Virus record (IMG/VR): IMGVR_UViG_3300016476_000413 | Location: 1-55,580 of that record | Strand: one strand, 5' to 3' | Length of the DNA: 55,580 bases | From: a virus | Shown here: positions 43,764 to 51,395 of the stretch, one piece after another | Position numbering within the stretch: the first letter of the stretch is position 1 | Layout of the letters: each line of letters begins with the position of its first letter | Translations under genes and position numbers: made by a program | Notes under the pieces: model-generated | The model's database searches: none | The model's input: the letters and a program-made list of their open reading frames with translations, nothing else | What the model was told of the DNA's origin: nothing

Positions 43764-44837
43764 TCAGGCCACCAGCCGGAGGTGTCGCTTCCCGGGATTG
43801 TGACCAATTTGTGCCCCAGCCTTTTCGGGCTCCGGCACAGGCTTCGGCTCTACCCACTGGCGCAGGGACTCGACGTCGTGGTGAGCGTACTTGTTCACCA
43901 TCGCCAGCGTCTCCCAGCCGCCCAGCTTCTGCAGCGCCTGCGTCGGCACTCCGCGCCGGGTCATGTCCGTCGCCCACGTGTGGCGCAGGTCATGCCAGCG
44001 GAAGTCCTCGATGCCTGCCTTGTCCAGCACCGCCTTCCACGCCTCGTGACTGATCTGGGTGATCGGGCGTCCTTGGTAGGTGAAGACGAACTCCTCGTGC
44101 TTCCCGGTCTCGGCCACGATGGCTGACATCGCCTCCTCGTTGAGGGGGATGCAGAACTCGTTGCCGTTCTTGAACTCGCTGCCCGGGATGGTCACGGTCT
44201 TCGTGGCCAAGTCCACCCACTTCCAGCGCAGTGCTCGGACGTTCGACTGCCGCAGGCCGGTCGCCAGTGACAGCCGCACCATCCCCCGCCAGTGGTCAGG
44301 ACAGGCGTCCAACAGACGGATGCGCTCGTCTGCCGACAGCCAGCGCACGCGCTCCTTCGGCTCGTCGTACTCCACGAACTTGGGGACACGGGCGATCCAC
44401 TTGAGGTCGTGCGCCACGTACAGGCACGCACGCAGGGCGGCGAGGTAGCGGTTGAGGGTGGCGTTGCTGGGCGGGGTGCCCATGTGCGTCACCGTCTCCT
44501 GCTTCTTCAGGATCGCGTTCACGATCTTGACCTCGTCGACCTTCTGCAGGGTCACGTCCTTGAGCTCCTCGAGCCACCAGTCGAGCTGCTGCTCGTACCC
44601 GGCGACCGTCCGCAGGTTCTCGCGGCGCTTGAGCTTGAGGAAGTGCGACACGGCTTCCTTCAACGGTCGGTCTGGTGTGATGCCCATCTGGTGGTACTCG
44701 AAGAGCTCCTGCTTGCGCTTGCTCTCGTACCGTGCTGCCAGTTGCTTGTTGTCCGTCTTGGTGGTCTCGCGGATGCGCGTCCCATCGGGAGCACGCAGGT
44801 CGATCCACCAGACGTTGCCACGCTTGAGAAGTGCCAT
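43764..44837 (-). CDS. int: tyrosine integrase
   Basis: 357 aa. LATGLRQSNVRALRW (Arg), HDLRHTWAT (HxxR) and LGGWETLAMVNKYAH (Tyr). Confidence 0.9.
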   Translation of the reverse strand: MALLKRGNVWWIDLRAPDGTRIRETTKTDNKQLAARYESKRKQELFEYHQMGITPDRPLKEAVSHFLKLKRRENLRTVAGYEQQLDWWLEELKDVTLQKVDEVKIVNAILKKQETVTHMGTPPSNATLNRYLAALRACLYVAHDLKWIARVPKFVEYDEPKERVRWLSADERIRLLDACPDHWRGMVRLSLATGLRQSNVRALRWKWVDLATKTVTIPGSEFKNGNEFCIPLNEEAMSAIVAETGKHEEFVFTYQGRPITQISHEAWKAVLDKAGIEDFRWHDLRHTWATDMTRRGVPTQALQKLGGWETLAMVNKYAHHDVESLRQWVEPKPVPEPEKAGAQIGHNPGKRHLRLVA

Positions 44838-44860
44838 CTGTTGTTCCTTTCGATGGCGCT

Positions 44861-45070
44861 TCAGCTACCCGCCCAAGCGGCGGCTTGATTCTTGTGCTTT
44901 TCGATGTAGGCGTCAATGTCATCGGCGTAGGCTCGCCACTGGCCGACGCCGTTGAACTTGAACACCGGCAGGCGACCGGCCCCGGCCCAGCGACGGGCGG
45001 TCTCGTAGTTGACCCCGAGGCGCTTGGCGACCTCGCGCAGGTTAATCATGGGTTTTGCTGCTTCAGTCAT
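44861..45070 (-). CDS. xis: excisionase / HTH_17-type DNA-binding protein
   Basis: The ATG at 45070 overlaps the upstream stop (ATGA). INLREVAKRLGVNYETARRWAGAGRLPVFK. Immediately upstream of int. Confidence 0.7.
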   Translation of the reverse strand: MTEAAKPMINLREVAKRLGVNYETARRWAGAGRLPVFKFNGVGQWRAYADDIDAYIEKHKNQAAAWAGS

Positions 45071-45207
45071 AGGTTGATGATCCAGATTGCGGCGCGGATG
45101 GCGATGCCGACAAACACGCCAACCACGGCCCAAAGGCCACTGAGGACCGCAGCCCCCAGCAGCACGTTCAGGAGAACAGACAGACCGTCACTCTGTCGCG
45201 GGAGCAT
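45067..45207 (-). CDS. small membrane protein (46 aa)
   Basis: MLPRQSDGLSVLLNVLLGAAVLSGLWAVVGVFVGIAIRAAIWIINL. The start choice is uncertain. Confidence 0.4.
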   Translation of the reverse strand: MLPRQSDGLSVLLNVLLGAAVLSGLWAVVGVFVGIAIRAAIWIINL

Positions 45208-45421
45208 GGCCAGCCTCTTCGAACAGCTCCGGCGTCTCGGCGTCGGCTGCGGCTTCGACCTTGATGCCACGGGTCATGGCCTCGACGATCTCGTCCTGAC
45301 TGGCAACGGCGACGTTGATGGTGCTGCGAGCCACGTGGGCCAGTGCTTGTGCGCGGTGCGCGGCGCGAACCAGACGGATGGTGCTGCCGTGGCCGACGAG
45401 GTAGATGCGATTCTTCTTCAT
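45188..45421 (-). CDS. hypothetical protein (77 aa)
   Basis: ATG at 45421. MKKNRIYLVGHGSTIRLVRAAHRAQALAHV.... The upstream part of the track ORF is S/P/T-rich and overlaps the MazG-like gene. Confidence 0.55.
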   Translation of the reverse strand: MKKNRIYLVGHGSTIRLVRAAHRAQALAHVARSTINVAVASQDEIVEAMTRGIKVEAAADAETPELFEEAGHAPATE

Positions 45422-45431
45422 GGTGGTACTT

Positions 45432-45881
45432 TCAAACGAGGTCTGTGAGATCCGGGGCTTTCCAGCCCACGGGCTTGCCGATCTTGCCGCCCTCGAGGAT
45501 GACGGGCTTGCCGTCCACGAGCTTGGCGTCATTGGAGTCAAGGACTCGGCGGTCAGCCTCCTCCTTGTTGAATCCGGCGAGGAAGGCGACACCGTTGCCG
45601 GTCACCTCGCTGTCGCACAGTGCGTCGAGTGCGGCTTCGCGCTCGAGAGACCGGATGCGACAGACGGCGGTGCGCGTCTTCAGCATTCGCCCCAGCGTCA
45701 TCAGATTGCCGACCACGAGCCGCATGGTCTGGTCGTCATGGCTGGTGCCGAAGTCGAGCGTCGAGAAGAACTCGGCGGTCTCTTCCATGTGGCATCCGAT
45801 CTGCACGGACAGATCTGTGGCGCTCGGCTGCTTGCCGCACGCCGCCAGCCAGTCCGCAGTGCGCTGGTAGTTGCTCTTCAT
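45432..45881 (-). CDS. MazG-like nucleotide pyrophosphohydrolase
   Basis: 149 aa. Helical EExxE...D-type metal motifs (HMEETAEFF ... EAALDALCDSEVTGNG) and SNDAKL, as in phage MazG/HisE-like proteins. Confidence 0.55.
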   Translation of the reverse strand: MKSNYQRTADWLAACGKQPSATDLSVQIGCHMEETAEFFSTLDFGTSHDDQTMRLVVGNLMTLGRMLKTRTAVCRIRSLEREAALDALCDSEVTGNGVAFLAGFNKEEADRRVLDSNDAKLVDGKPVILEGGKIGKPVGWKAPDLTDLV

Positions 45882-46072
45882 CAGTCGGTGCCGCCAACAG
45901 AGTCGGCGGGCTGTTGCGCCTGTTGAGCTGCAGCGGCTGCGGCCTGCTGCTGGGCGTTGACTTCGCCGATGACGTAGTCGATGGTCTGTCGCACGGCTGC
46001 ATGAGGCTGTTGGTCCAGCGCACGCAGGATCGTGTTGATCTGTTCAATCGTGAGACTGAGGTTGAATTGCAC
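45881..46072 (-). CDS. hypothetical protein (63 aa)
   Basis: GTG start after AAGGAGAGCAAC. The stop overlaps the next start. Confidence 0.5.
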   Translation of the reverse strand: MQFNLSLTIEQINTILRALDQQPHAAVRQTIDYVIGEVNAQQQAAAAAAQQAQQPADSVGGTD

Positions 46073-46184
46073 GTTGCTCTCCTTGGTTGATGAAAAGGGG
46101 TGGGCCTACTCGCTGCGTCTGCCTGCAATACCATCCGGGAACCCCCAGCCGGTCGCACAGCAGCATCCGCTTTCGGCCCGAATC

Positions 46185-46559
46185 TCAGAACGGGATGTCG
46201 TCGTCCATGTCGTCGAAGCCGCTGCCCTGCTGACCACGGGGGTCACGGCGGTCGTCGTCGCGGCCACGGCCACGGTCGTCACGGTCGTAACCACCACGGC
46301 CACGGTCATCGCGGCCACGGCCACCACGGTCGTCATCGCGGCGGCTGCTGCTGCGGCGCTGGTCTTCCATCGGCTCGAGCGCGAGGCTGAAGAACTTCTG
46401 GCCGGCGAGCTTGCTGCCTTCCTTGCCGACCTTGATCCATGCGGACAGCCAGTAGTCGACGCCATCGACGTTGACCATTCCGCGATAGTCGGGGTGACTG
46501 TCCTTCTCCTTGCGGTCGTTCTTCTTCAACAGACCGGTGTTGGTGTTGTCGTATGCCAC
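46185..46559 (-). CDS. ssb: single-stranded DNA-binding protein-like (acidic DDDIPF tail, RG/RD-rich linker)
   Basis: GTG at 46559 follows GAAAGGAAACTGAGC. 124 aa. The C-terminal ...GFDDMDDDIPF is the canonical SSB tip. The linker is RRDDDRGGRGRDDRGRGGYDRDDRGRGRDDDRRDPRG. Confidence 0.6.
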   Translation of the reverse strand: MAYDNTNTGLLKKNDRKEKDSHPDYRGMVNVDGVDYWLSAWIKVGKEGSKLAGQKFFSLALEPMEDQRRSSSRRDDDRGGRGRDDRGRGGYDRDDRGRGRDDDRRDPRGQQGSGFDDMDDDIPF

Positions 46560-46561
46560 GC

Positions 46562-47191
46562 TCAGTTTCCTTTCAGGGTGTAGATGATGGGTTCGCTCAC
46601 AGTGATGCTCACTGCAGGCGCTTTGGGTTTCTTGGATCGGGGCGGCTCGATCTCGGCGACCACCCATGACCAGAAGTCGGCGAGCTGCAGGTGCAGCCAG
46701 TCCCAGTACTCGTCGCTGCGCTGGATGCGCTGCACGGACATGCGCTCTGGAGTCCAACAGATGAAGTCGCACCAGTCGCGCTTCGTGACTTGGAGCTGGC
46801 CCTGAACCTGCGCCATGTAATGAGGCGGGACTTCAAGGTAGAGCTCTTGGCTGAACGGGCACTTGATCTCCCCAAGCCCCTTGTCCCCGACAAGAAGATC
46901 GGGTGAACAACCAAGCCAAGGAAGATCCGGGTGGACCACGAAGCCAACAAGATCCGGACTCGTGCCTGCCTCCATGTGGAGCGCGTGATACGCCGCAAGC
47001 GCGTCAGATTCATGGTCCTCACCCCACTGTGTTGCCTCGTTGCCGGTGAAGACTTCGATGTTGAACAGACGCCGCCATGCCTGTTGCCGAGACCCCGGTC
47101 CGAGGCCTGCAGCCTGAGCGAACATGGACGCTGTCAGCTTGCCTTCACGCTCCTTGAACCATTCCTTGGTTCGCTGGTGCGGGTTGTTCAT
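46562..47191 (-). CDS. YqaJ-like (lambda Exo family) recombination exonuclease
   Basis: 209 aa. KEWFKEREGKLTASMF, WGEDHESDA and GLGEIKCP motifs. Confidence 0.8.
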   Translation of the reverse strand: MNNPHQRTKEWFKEREGKLTASMFAQAAGLGPGSRQQAWRRLFNIEVFTGNEATQWGEDHESDALAAYHALHMEAGTSPDLVGFVVHPDLPWLGCSPDLLVGDKGLGEIKCPFSQELYLEVPPHYMAQVQGQLQVTKRDWCDFICWTPERMSVQRIQRSDEYWDWLHLQLADFWSWVVAEIEPPRSKKPKAPAVSITVSEPIIYTLKGN

Positions 47192-47373
47192 TGCTGACTC
47201 CTCGCGATGCTTCGGAAGTCGCCAGCGGTCACGATGGCCGTCGCGCCGTGCGAACAGAAGTGCAGGACGGGCGTGTCATCCGCAATCGGCGGCTCGCCGT
47301 CTGTCTCTCTACTCGCTTCAATGCAGGCCCACCAGAGCAGCAGTGTCGAGAGCGGGTTCTGTTGCTCGCTCAT
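47188..47373 (-). CDS. hypothetical protein (61 aa)
   Basis: ATGA overlaps on both sides, between the SSAP and exonuclease genes. Confidence 0.55.
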   Translation of the reverse strand: MSEQQNPLSTLLLWWACIEASRETDGEPPIADDTPVLHFCSHGATAIVTAGDFRSIARSQQ

Positions 47374-47972
47374 TGCAGACCCTTCGCGAGGGCTTGCGAG
47401 TACTCCTTGGTCGCAGCCTTGAGCGGCTCGTTGAGCGCGGCGTAGACCTTGCGAAGATCCTCGACGGTCTCGCAGTCGGTCAGCATGTCCTTGGCCTTCT
47501 GCAACTCCTCGGCGGTCACCTTCGGCTCGGGCTTCTTGGGTGCGGGTGCATCGTCATCGGGCGGCAGGTCTTCGCCGGCATAGATGTAGAGGCCCAGCCC
47601 GTGCAGTGCGATGGCCTTGGCAAGGCAGCGCTGCATGGCGGTGTTGACTTGGAAGGCGTCCGGATCTTGGATCGGCTTGTTGCGGTGATCCATGATCGGC
47701 AGTTGCGCGGTGCGCTCGACGCCGAAGGCGCGGACGGTGCAGAACACCATCGCGGTGGTGCCGATGTAGACGAAGGGGACCGGCTCCTTGGTCTGCGGGT
47801 CGATGCCGAACCGGTACTCCCACGTGGCCGTGGGGTCGCGCTGCAGGAGCTCGTCAACAGCGAAGGCCCAGCTCAGGTAGCTGAGGCCGTTCTTCTTCTC
47901 GATGCGTCCGTTGACGTCGACGGTGCGGAGCTGGACGTAGCTGTCAAGCTCCCTTGCGGGGATCTGTTCCAT
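47370..47972 (-). CDS. Rad52-superfamily single-strand annealing protein (Sak3/DUF1071-like)
   Basis: ATG at 47972 follows GCAGGAGACACCGA. GLSYLSWAFAVDELLQRDP...GLGLYIYAGEDLP pattern. Adjacent to the YqaJ exonuclease. Confidence 0.6.
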   Translation of the reverse strand: MEQIPARELDSYVQLRTVDVNGRIEKKNGLSYLSWAFAVDELLQRDPTATWEYRFGIDPQTKEPVPFVYIGTTAMVFCTVRAFGVERTAQLPIMDHRNKPIQDPDAFQVNTAMQRCLAKAIALHGLGLYIYAGEDLPPDDDAPAPKKPEPKVTAEELQKAKDMLTDCETVEDLRKVYAALNEPLKAATKEYSQALAKGLQ

Positions 47973-48016
47973 TCGGTGTCTCCTGCGGGAGCACCATGCC
48001 CCCGCTTCTAACACCG

Positions 48017-48045
48017 ATTATCACTCGTCCTTGTAGGACAAACAA
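48017..48045 (-). promoter_or_regulatory. sigma70-like promoter for the recombination operon, overlapped by an inverted repeat
   Basis: The minus strand reads TTGTTT-17 nt-GATAAT. The inverted repeat TCCTTGT (48028-48034) / ACAAGGA (48042-48048) covers the -35 element and spacer. Confidence 0.45.
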
Positions 48046-48090
48046 GGATGCTTTTGCAGTTATCCGCAGAATGTCGCTGTCATACAACAT

Positions 48091-48294
48091 TCAGCGTTTT
48101 CGGTAGGTGCGGTGCTCGGTCATCACGCCGATGACCCGAACAGATTCGTCGGACTGGATGGTTTCCCAGTCTTGGTTCTCTGGCACGAGCTCATACCCGG
48201 GGTGACGCTGGCGGTAGCGTCGAAACACAACTGCGGCACCCTGCAGTAGCGCGGCGACGTAGTCGCCCGGTTCAGGCAGCAGGGCGCTGGCCAA
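48091..48294 (-). pseudogene. orphan C-terminal half of an S24 (LexA/CI-type) peptidase domain; truncated repressor remnant or small derived protein
   Basis: GDYVAALLQGAAVVFRRYRQRHPGYELVPENQDWETIQSDESVRVIGVMTEHR aligns by eye with LexA ...[30 protein letters not shown].... The Ser motif and the HTH domain are absent, and Arg occupies the catalytic Lys position. Only a TTG start without an RBS is available. An RBS-equipped ATG (48316) lies one frame off. Confidence 0.45.
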
Positions 48295-48354
48295 GACTAA
48301 TGGCGTCCGTTGTCATATCGCCTCGTCGAAATTGGGGCTTACCCCAACGATCTC

Positions 48355-48383
48355 ATACTAAAGACTACTTGCTCCACAGTCAA
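48355..48383 (-). promoter_or_regulatory. sigma70-like leftward promoter
   Basis: The minus strand reads TTGACT (48383-48378), a 17-nt spacer, then TAGTAT (48360-48355). Downstream lie a GGGGTAAGCCCC hairpin and GAGGCGAT-ATG (48316). Confidence 0.55.
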
Positions 48384-48412
48384 CTGTAGTTTACCGGCAA
48401 CATCCGACTGGA

Positions 48413-48430
48413 CAACAAGAATTCTTGTTG
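48413..48430. promoter_or_regulatory. 18-bp perfect palindrome CAACAAGAATTCTTGTTG (operator candidate)
   Basis: Read directly. It lies between the divergent leftward and rightward operons and shares the ACAAG/CTTGT half-site core with the 48028-48048 inverted repeat. Confidence 0.55.
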
Positions 48431-48575
48431 CCAGACCGAACAGAAACGCCGACACTTGAGTCCGTCGGATAGGTTTCCGGGTAGCTCCCGGGGCTGAACC
48501 GGGCGGAGTTCGTTCCTTTCGCCGCCCTTTCCGACCCCCTCGCGGGGTTTGTTCAGAAGGGCTCGAGGAACGCAG

Positions 48576-49241
48576 ATGTTCAGCTATTCATTCCACATCC
48601 GGGACTACCTCACCAAGACCCGGCACCTCTCCAACACCGAGGATCTGGCCTACCGCAGGCTCCTCGATTCCTACTACACCGAAGAGCAGCCGCTCCCCAG
48701 CGATGCGGCCCAGTGCGCCCGTTTGGTCGCGATGCGTGAGCACGTGGCCGAGGTCGAGGCCGTGCTCAAGGAGTTCTTCACCCTCACGCCAGAAGGCTGG
48801 CGCAACGAGCGGTGCGACGAAGAGATCGCCAAGTACCGTGCGAAAGCAGATTCGGCACGGAAGGCCAACGAATCCCGCTGGCAGAAGAGAACAGATCTGA
48901 AATCAGATCAGTCGCCAGATGCGGATCAGATCCCAACCATTAACCATAAACCAATAACCAAAGAAGAGAAGACGCCACGGGTGGCGGATCTTTTCCCGGG
49001 GGTCAGTGCTGAGGTGCTGGCGTCCTTCGTCAAGGTGCGTCGTTCCCTTCGCGCCCCGATCACCGAGCTCGCGGCCAAGGGCATCCGTCGCGAAGCCGAG
49101 AAGGCTGGCATCACCCTCGAGCAAGCCCTGACCCTCTGCGTCGAGCGTAGCTGGCGCGGGTTCAAGGCCGAGTGGGTCAAGGATGGGGCCAAGTCCGGCG
49201 AGGGCTTCGACTGGGATTCCGAGCTTCGGGGGGCACTGTGA
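48576..49241 (+). CDS. DUF1376 (YdaU-like) replication-module protein
   Basis: ATG at 48576 follows GAGGAACGCAG. FHIRDYLTKTRHLSNTEDLAYRRLLDSYYTEEQPLPSD matches the DUF1376 signature. It is the first gene of the replication operon. Confidence 0.75.
   Translation: MFSYSFHIRDYLTKTRHLSNTEDLAYRRLLDSYYTEEQPLPSDAAQCARLVAMREHVAEVEAVLKEFFTLTPEGWRNERCDEEIAKYRAKADSARKANESRWQKRTDLKSDQSPDADQIPTINHKPITKEEKTPRVADLFPGVSAEVLASFVKVRRSLRAPITELAAKGIRREAEKAGITLEQALTLCVERSWRGFKAEWVKDGAKSGEGFDWDSELRGAL
48894..48970. repeat. GATC cluster plus AT-rich AACCA-type iterons inside the DUF1376-like gene (candidate origin of replication)
   Basis: Four GATC sites lie within 48894-48932, followed by AACCATTAACCATAAACCAATAACCAAAGAAGAG (48935-48967), an AT-rich island in GC-rich DNA. 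Confidence 0.45.
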
Positions 49242-49669
49242 TGAACCCGAACCTCGACAACCTGCTCTCGCGCCTCGAGAAGGTCAAAGGCCGCAACGGC
49301 AACTACGTCGCCTGCTGCCCAGCGCACGGCGACAAGAACCCCTCGATGACCATCAAGGAAACCGAGGACGGCAAGATCCTGATCCACTGCTTCGCTGGGT
49401 GCTCGGTCGCCGAGATCACCGGAGCCATTGGCTTCGACCTGTCCGATCTGTTCCCGCCGAGTGACCGGGTCGAGTACACCCGCAGCCAGCGGCCCAGCCG
49501 ACCACGCTTCCTCGCGTCCGACCTGCTCAAGGTCATCAGCCTCGAGGCCACCATCGTCGCCGTCGCGGCACACGACATTGCCCGGGGCAAGCCCCTGCAG
49601 CAGCAGGACCGTGAGCGCCTGTTGGTTGCGGCCCAGCGCATCAACGAAGCATTGGAGCTGTCGCAATGA
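49241..49669 (+). CDS. CHC2 zinc-finger (primase-type) protein
   Basis: 142 aa. YVACCPAHGDKNPSMTIKETEDGKILIHCFAGCS. The ATG overlaps the upstream TGA. Confidence 0.7.
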   Translation: MNPNLDNLLSRLEKVKGRNGNYVACCPAHGDKNPSMTIKETEDGKILIHCFAGCSVAEITGAIGFDLSDLFPPSDRVEYTRSQRPSRPRFLASDLLKVISLEATIVAVAAHDIARGKPLQQQDRERLLVAAQRINEALELSQ

Positions 49670-50610
49670 GTTCGTTGACATCCATCGCATCCGTGGCCGA
49701 GCGCCTCGACGCCGCCCGGGCCAGCCGCCTGAAGGAAGAACAGATCGACTTCGACGCCTACATGAAGGCGCGGGACGACGACATTGGCCGCATCAAGACC
49801 TCGACCGACTTCCGCGAGGAGCTCATCGACGAGTTCTTCGGGGACGATCAACAGAAAGGCTGCACCCTGCCGTGGCTCAAGAGCCGCGACTGCTTCCGTA
49901 TCCGCCCGGGTGAGGTCACCGTCTGGACTGGCTACAACGGCCACATGAAGTCGATGGTCACCGGGTTCTGCATGGTCGACCTCGTGAAGCAGGGCGAGAA
50001 GGTCTGCATCGCTTCTTTCGAAATGAAGCCGCGCAAGACCCTGCGCCGCATGGCATCGCAAGCCATTGGCACACGCCAGCCGACCGAGACGTTCATCGAC
50101 AAGTTCCTCGACATGATGGAGGGGAATCTGTTCCTGTACGACCAGCAGGGCGAGACGACACCCGAGCGCATCCTCGGCGTCATCTACTACTGCGCCGAAC
50201 AGCTTGGCGTCACGCAGTTCGTGATCGACTCGCTGATGAAGGTGGTCGCCAACGAGGACGACTACAACGGACAGAAGCGATTCATGGGCCAGCTCTGTGC
50301 TGCGGCCAAGGATCTCAACATCCACATCCACCTCGTGCATCACTCGCGCAAGCGTGACGACGAGAGCAAGCGCCCGGGCAAGCAGGACGCCAAGGGCACG
50401 GGTGCCATTGTGGACCAGACCGACAACTTCATCGCGGTCTACAAGTTCCCGAAGAAGGAAGGTGACGACAGCGACAAGCCATCGCATGGCCTGTACGTGG
50501 ACAAGCAGCGTCACGGCGAATGGGAAGGGCTGATCGCCCTGTGGTTTGACGACAGCAGCCTCCAGTTCTTGGAAGGTGCAAAGGATCGGAGGATGTTCTA
50601 TGTCAACTGA
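49666..50610 (+). CDS. DnaB-like / RecA-fold replicative helicase
   Basis: 314 aa. Walker A-like WTGYNGHMKS, Walker B QFVIDSLMK, and HLVHHSRK...GTGAIVDQTDN, typical of the DnaB C-terminal domain. Confidence 0.7.
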   Translation: MSSLTSIASVAERLDAARASRLKEEQIDFDAYMKARDDDIGRIKTSTDFREELIDEFFGDDQQKGCTLPWLKSRDCFRIRPGEVTVWTGYNGHMKSMVTGFCMVDLVKQGEKVCIASFEMKPRKTLRRMASQAIGTRQPTETFIDKFLDMMEGNLFLYDQQGETTPERILGVIYYCAEQLGVTQFVIDSLMKVVANEDDYNGQKRFMGQLCAAAKDLNIHIHLVHHSRKRDDESKRPGKQDAKGTGAIVDQTDNFIAVYKFPKKEGDDSDKPSHGLYVDKQRHGEWEGLIALWFDDSSLQFLEGAKDRRMFYVN

Positions 50611-50980
50611 AGCTACATGGCGCGAGGCGCTCGAGGTCGCTGCCGAGTTCCTGATGGACCACGGCGTCATCACAACCGGACCAGATCTGGAGCGCGTCTG
50701 TGAACAGATCAAGAATCTGAAGCAGCCCGCACCGTGGGCGAGCAAGCGTGTCATCAAGGCCGAGATCAGTGGATTTGATTTGATGCTGACGCCGCCGGGC
50801 ACCAGTATCGACAACCATGTTTTGCATTTCCTTCGCGACAAGGGAATTCCTGCTCTCGCCGTCAACAAGCGCGAAGGCAAATTCGTTGTTGCGCGTGGCC
50901 GCATCGAGTACCGGCACGACCTTGCGCGGGATGTGCATAGCTTCCGCTGGGAGGAATTGCTTGAGGAGGTGCCGTTCTGA
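50600..50980 (+). CDS. hypothetical protein (126 aa)
   Basis: ATG at 50600 follows GGAGGATGTTCT. Confidence 0.55.
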   Translation: MSTEATWREALEVAAEFLMDHGVITTGPDLERVCEQIKNLKQPAPWASKRVIKAEISGFDLMLTPPGTSIDNHVLHFLRDKGIPALAVNKREGKFVVARGRIEYRHDLARDVHSFRWEELLEEVPF

Positions 50981-51213
50981 TGAGCACCGAACAGAAGCGA
51001 CAACAGAACCGGGAGCTCATGCCGAACGTCGCCGCGCTGGTCGACGAATGGAGGGAGCACTTCCCTGACCTGAAGGTGATCTGGGCCGAGGACTTGGTCA
51101 CCGGCCACAAGGTGGGCAAGAGGCCCGAGCCGGAGCCCAATACCTTCACGATCCCGAAGGATTACTTCCCAACCCAACCCGTCGACCTCAAGCGAAAGGA
51201 GCGCCGCAAGTGA
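50980..51213 (+). CDS. hypothetical protein (77 aa)
   Basis: Coupled start (TGATG). Protein-like sequence. Confidence 0.55.
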   Translation: MSTEQKRQQNRELMPNVAALVDEWREHFPDLKVIWAEDLVTGHKVGKRPEPEPNTFTIPKDYFPTQPVDLKRKERRK

Positions 51214-51395
51214 GCAAGAAGAAAGAAGAGCCGAGGCCTCCGAGCCTCGATGAGCTGACAGTGAAGGATCTCGCCTCGCTGTTCATTCTGTCGGGTCTGT
51301 TGACCCACACCAAGGCCATGACCACCGACCACGTGTTCTGGGTGAAGAAGGCCAACGAGATTGCAGACATGTGGGTGAAGGAGCGCACAGCATGA
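51210..51395 (+). CDS. hypothetical protein (61 aa)
   Basis: GTGA overlap with the upstream stop. Confidence 0.5.
   Translation: MSKKKEEPRPPSLDELTVKDLASLFILSGLLTHTKAMTTDHVFWVKKANEIADMWVKERTA

Noticed and set aside
49303-51177. 624-aa minus-strand ORF across the primase-like and helicase genes.
   Set aside because: It is antisense to well-supported replication genes, has non-protein-like composition and lacks a translational signal.
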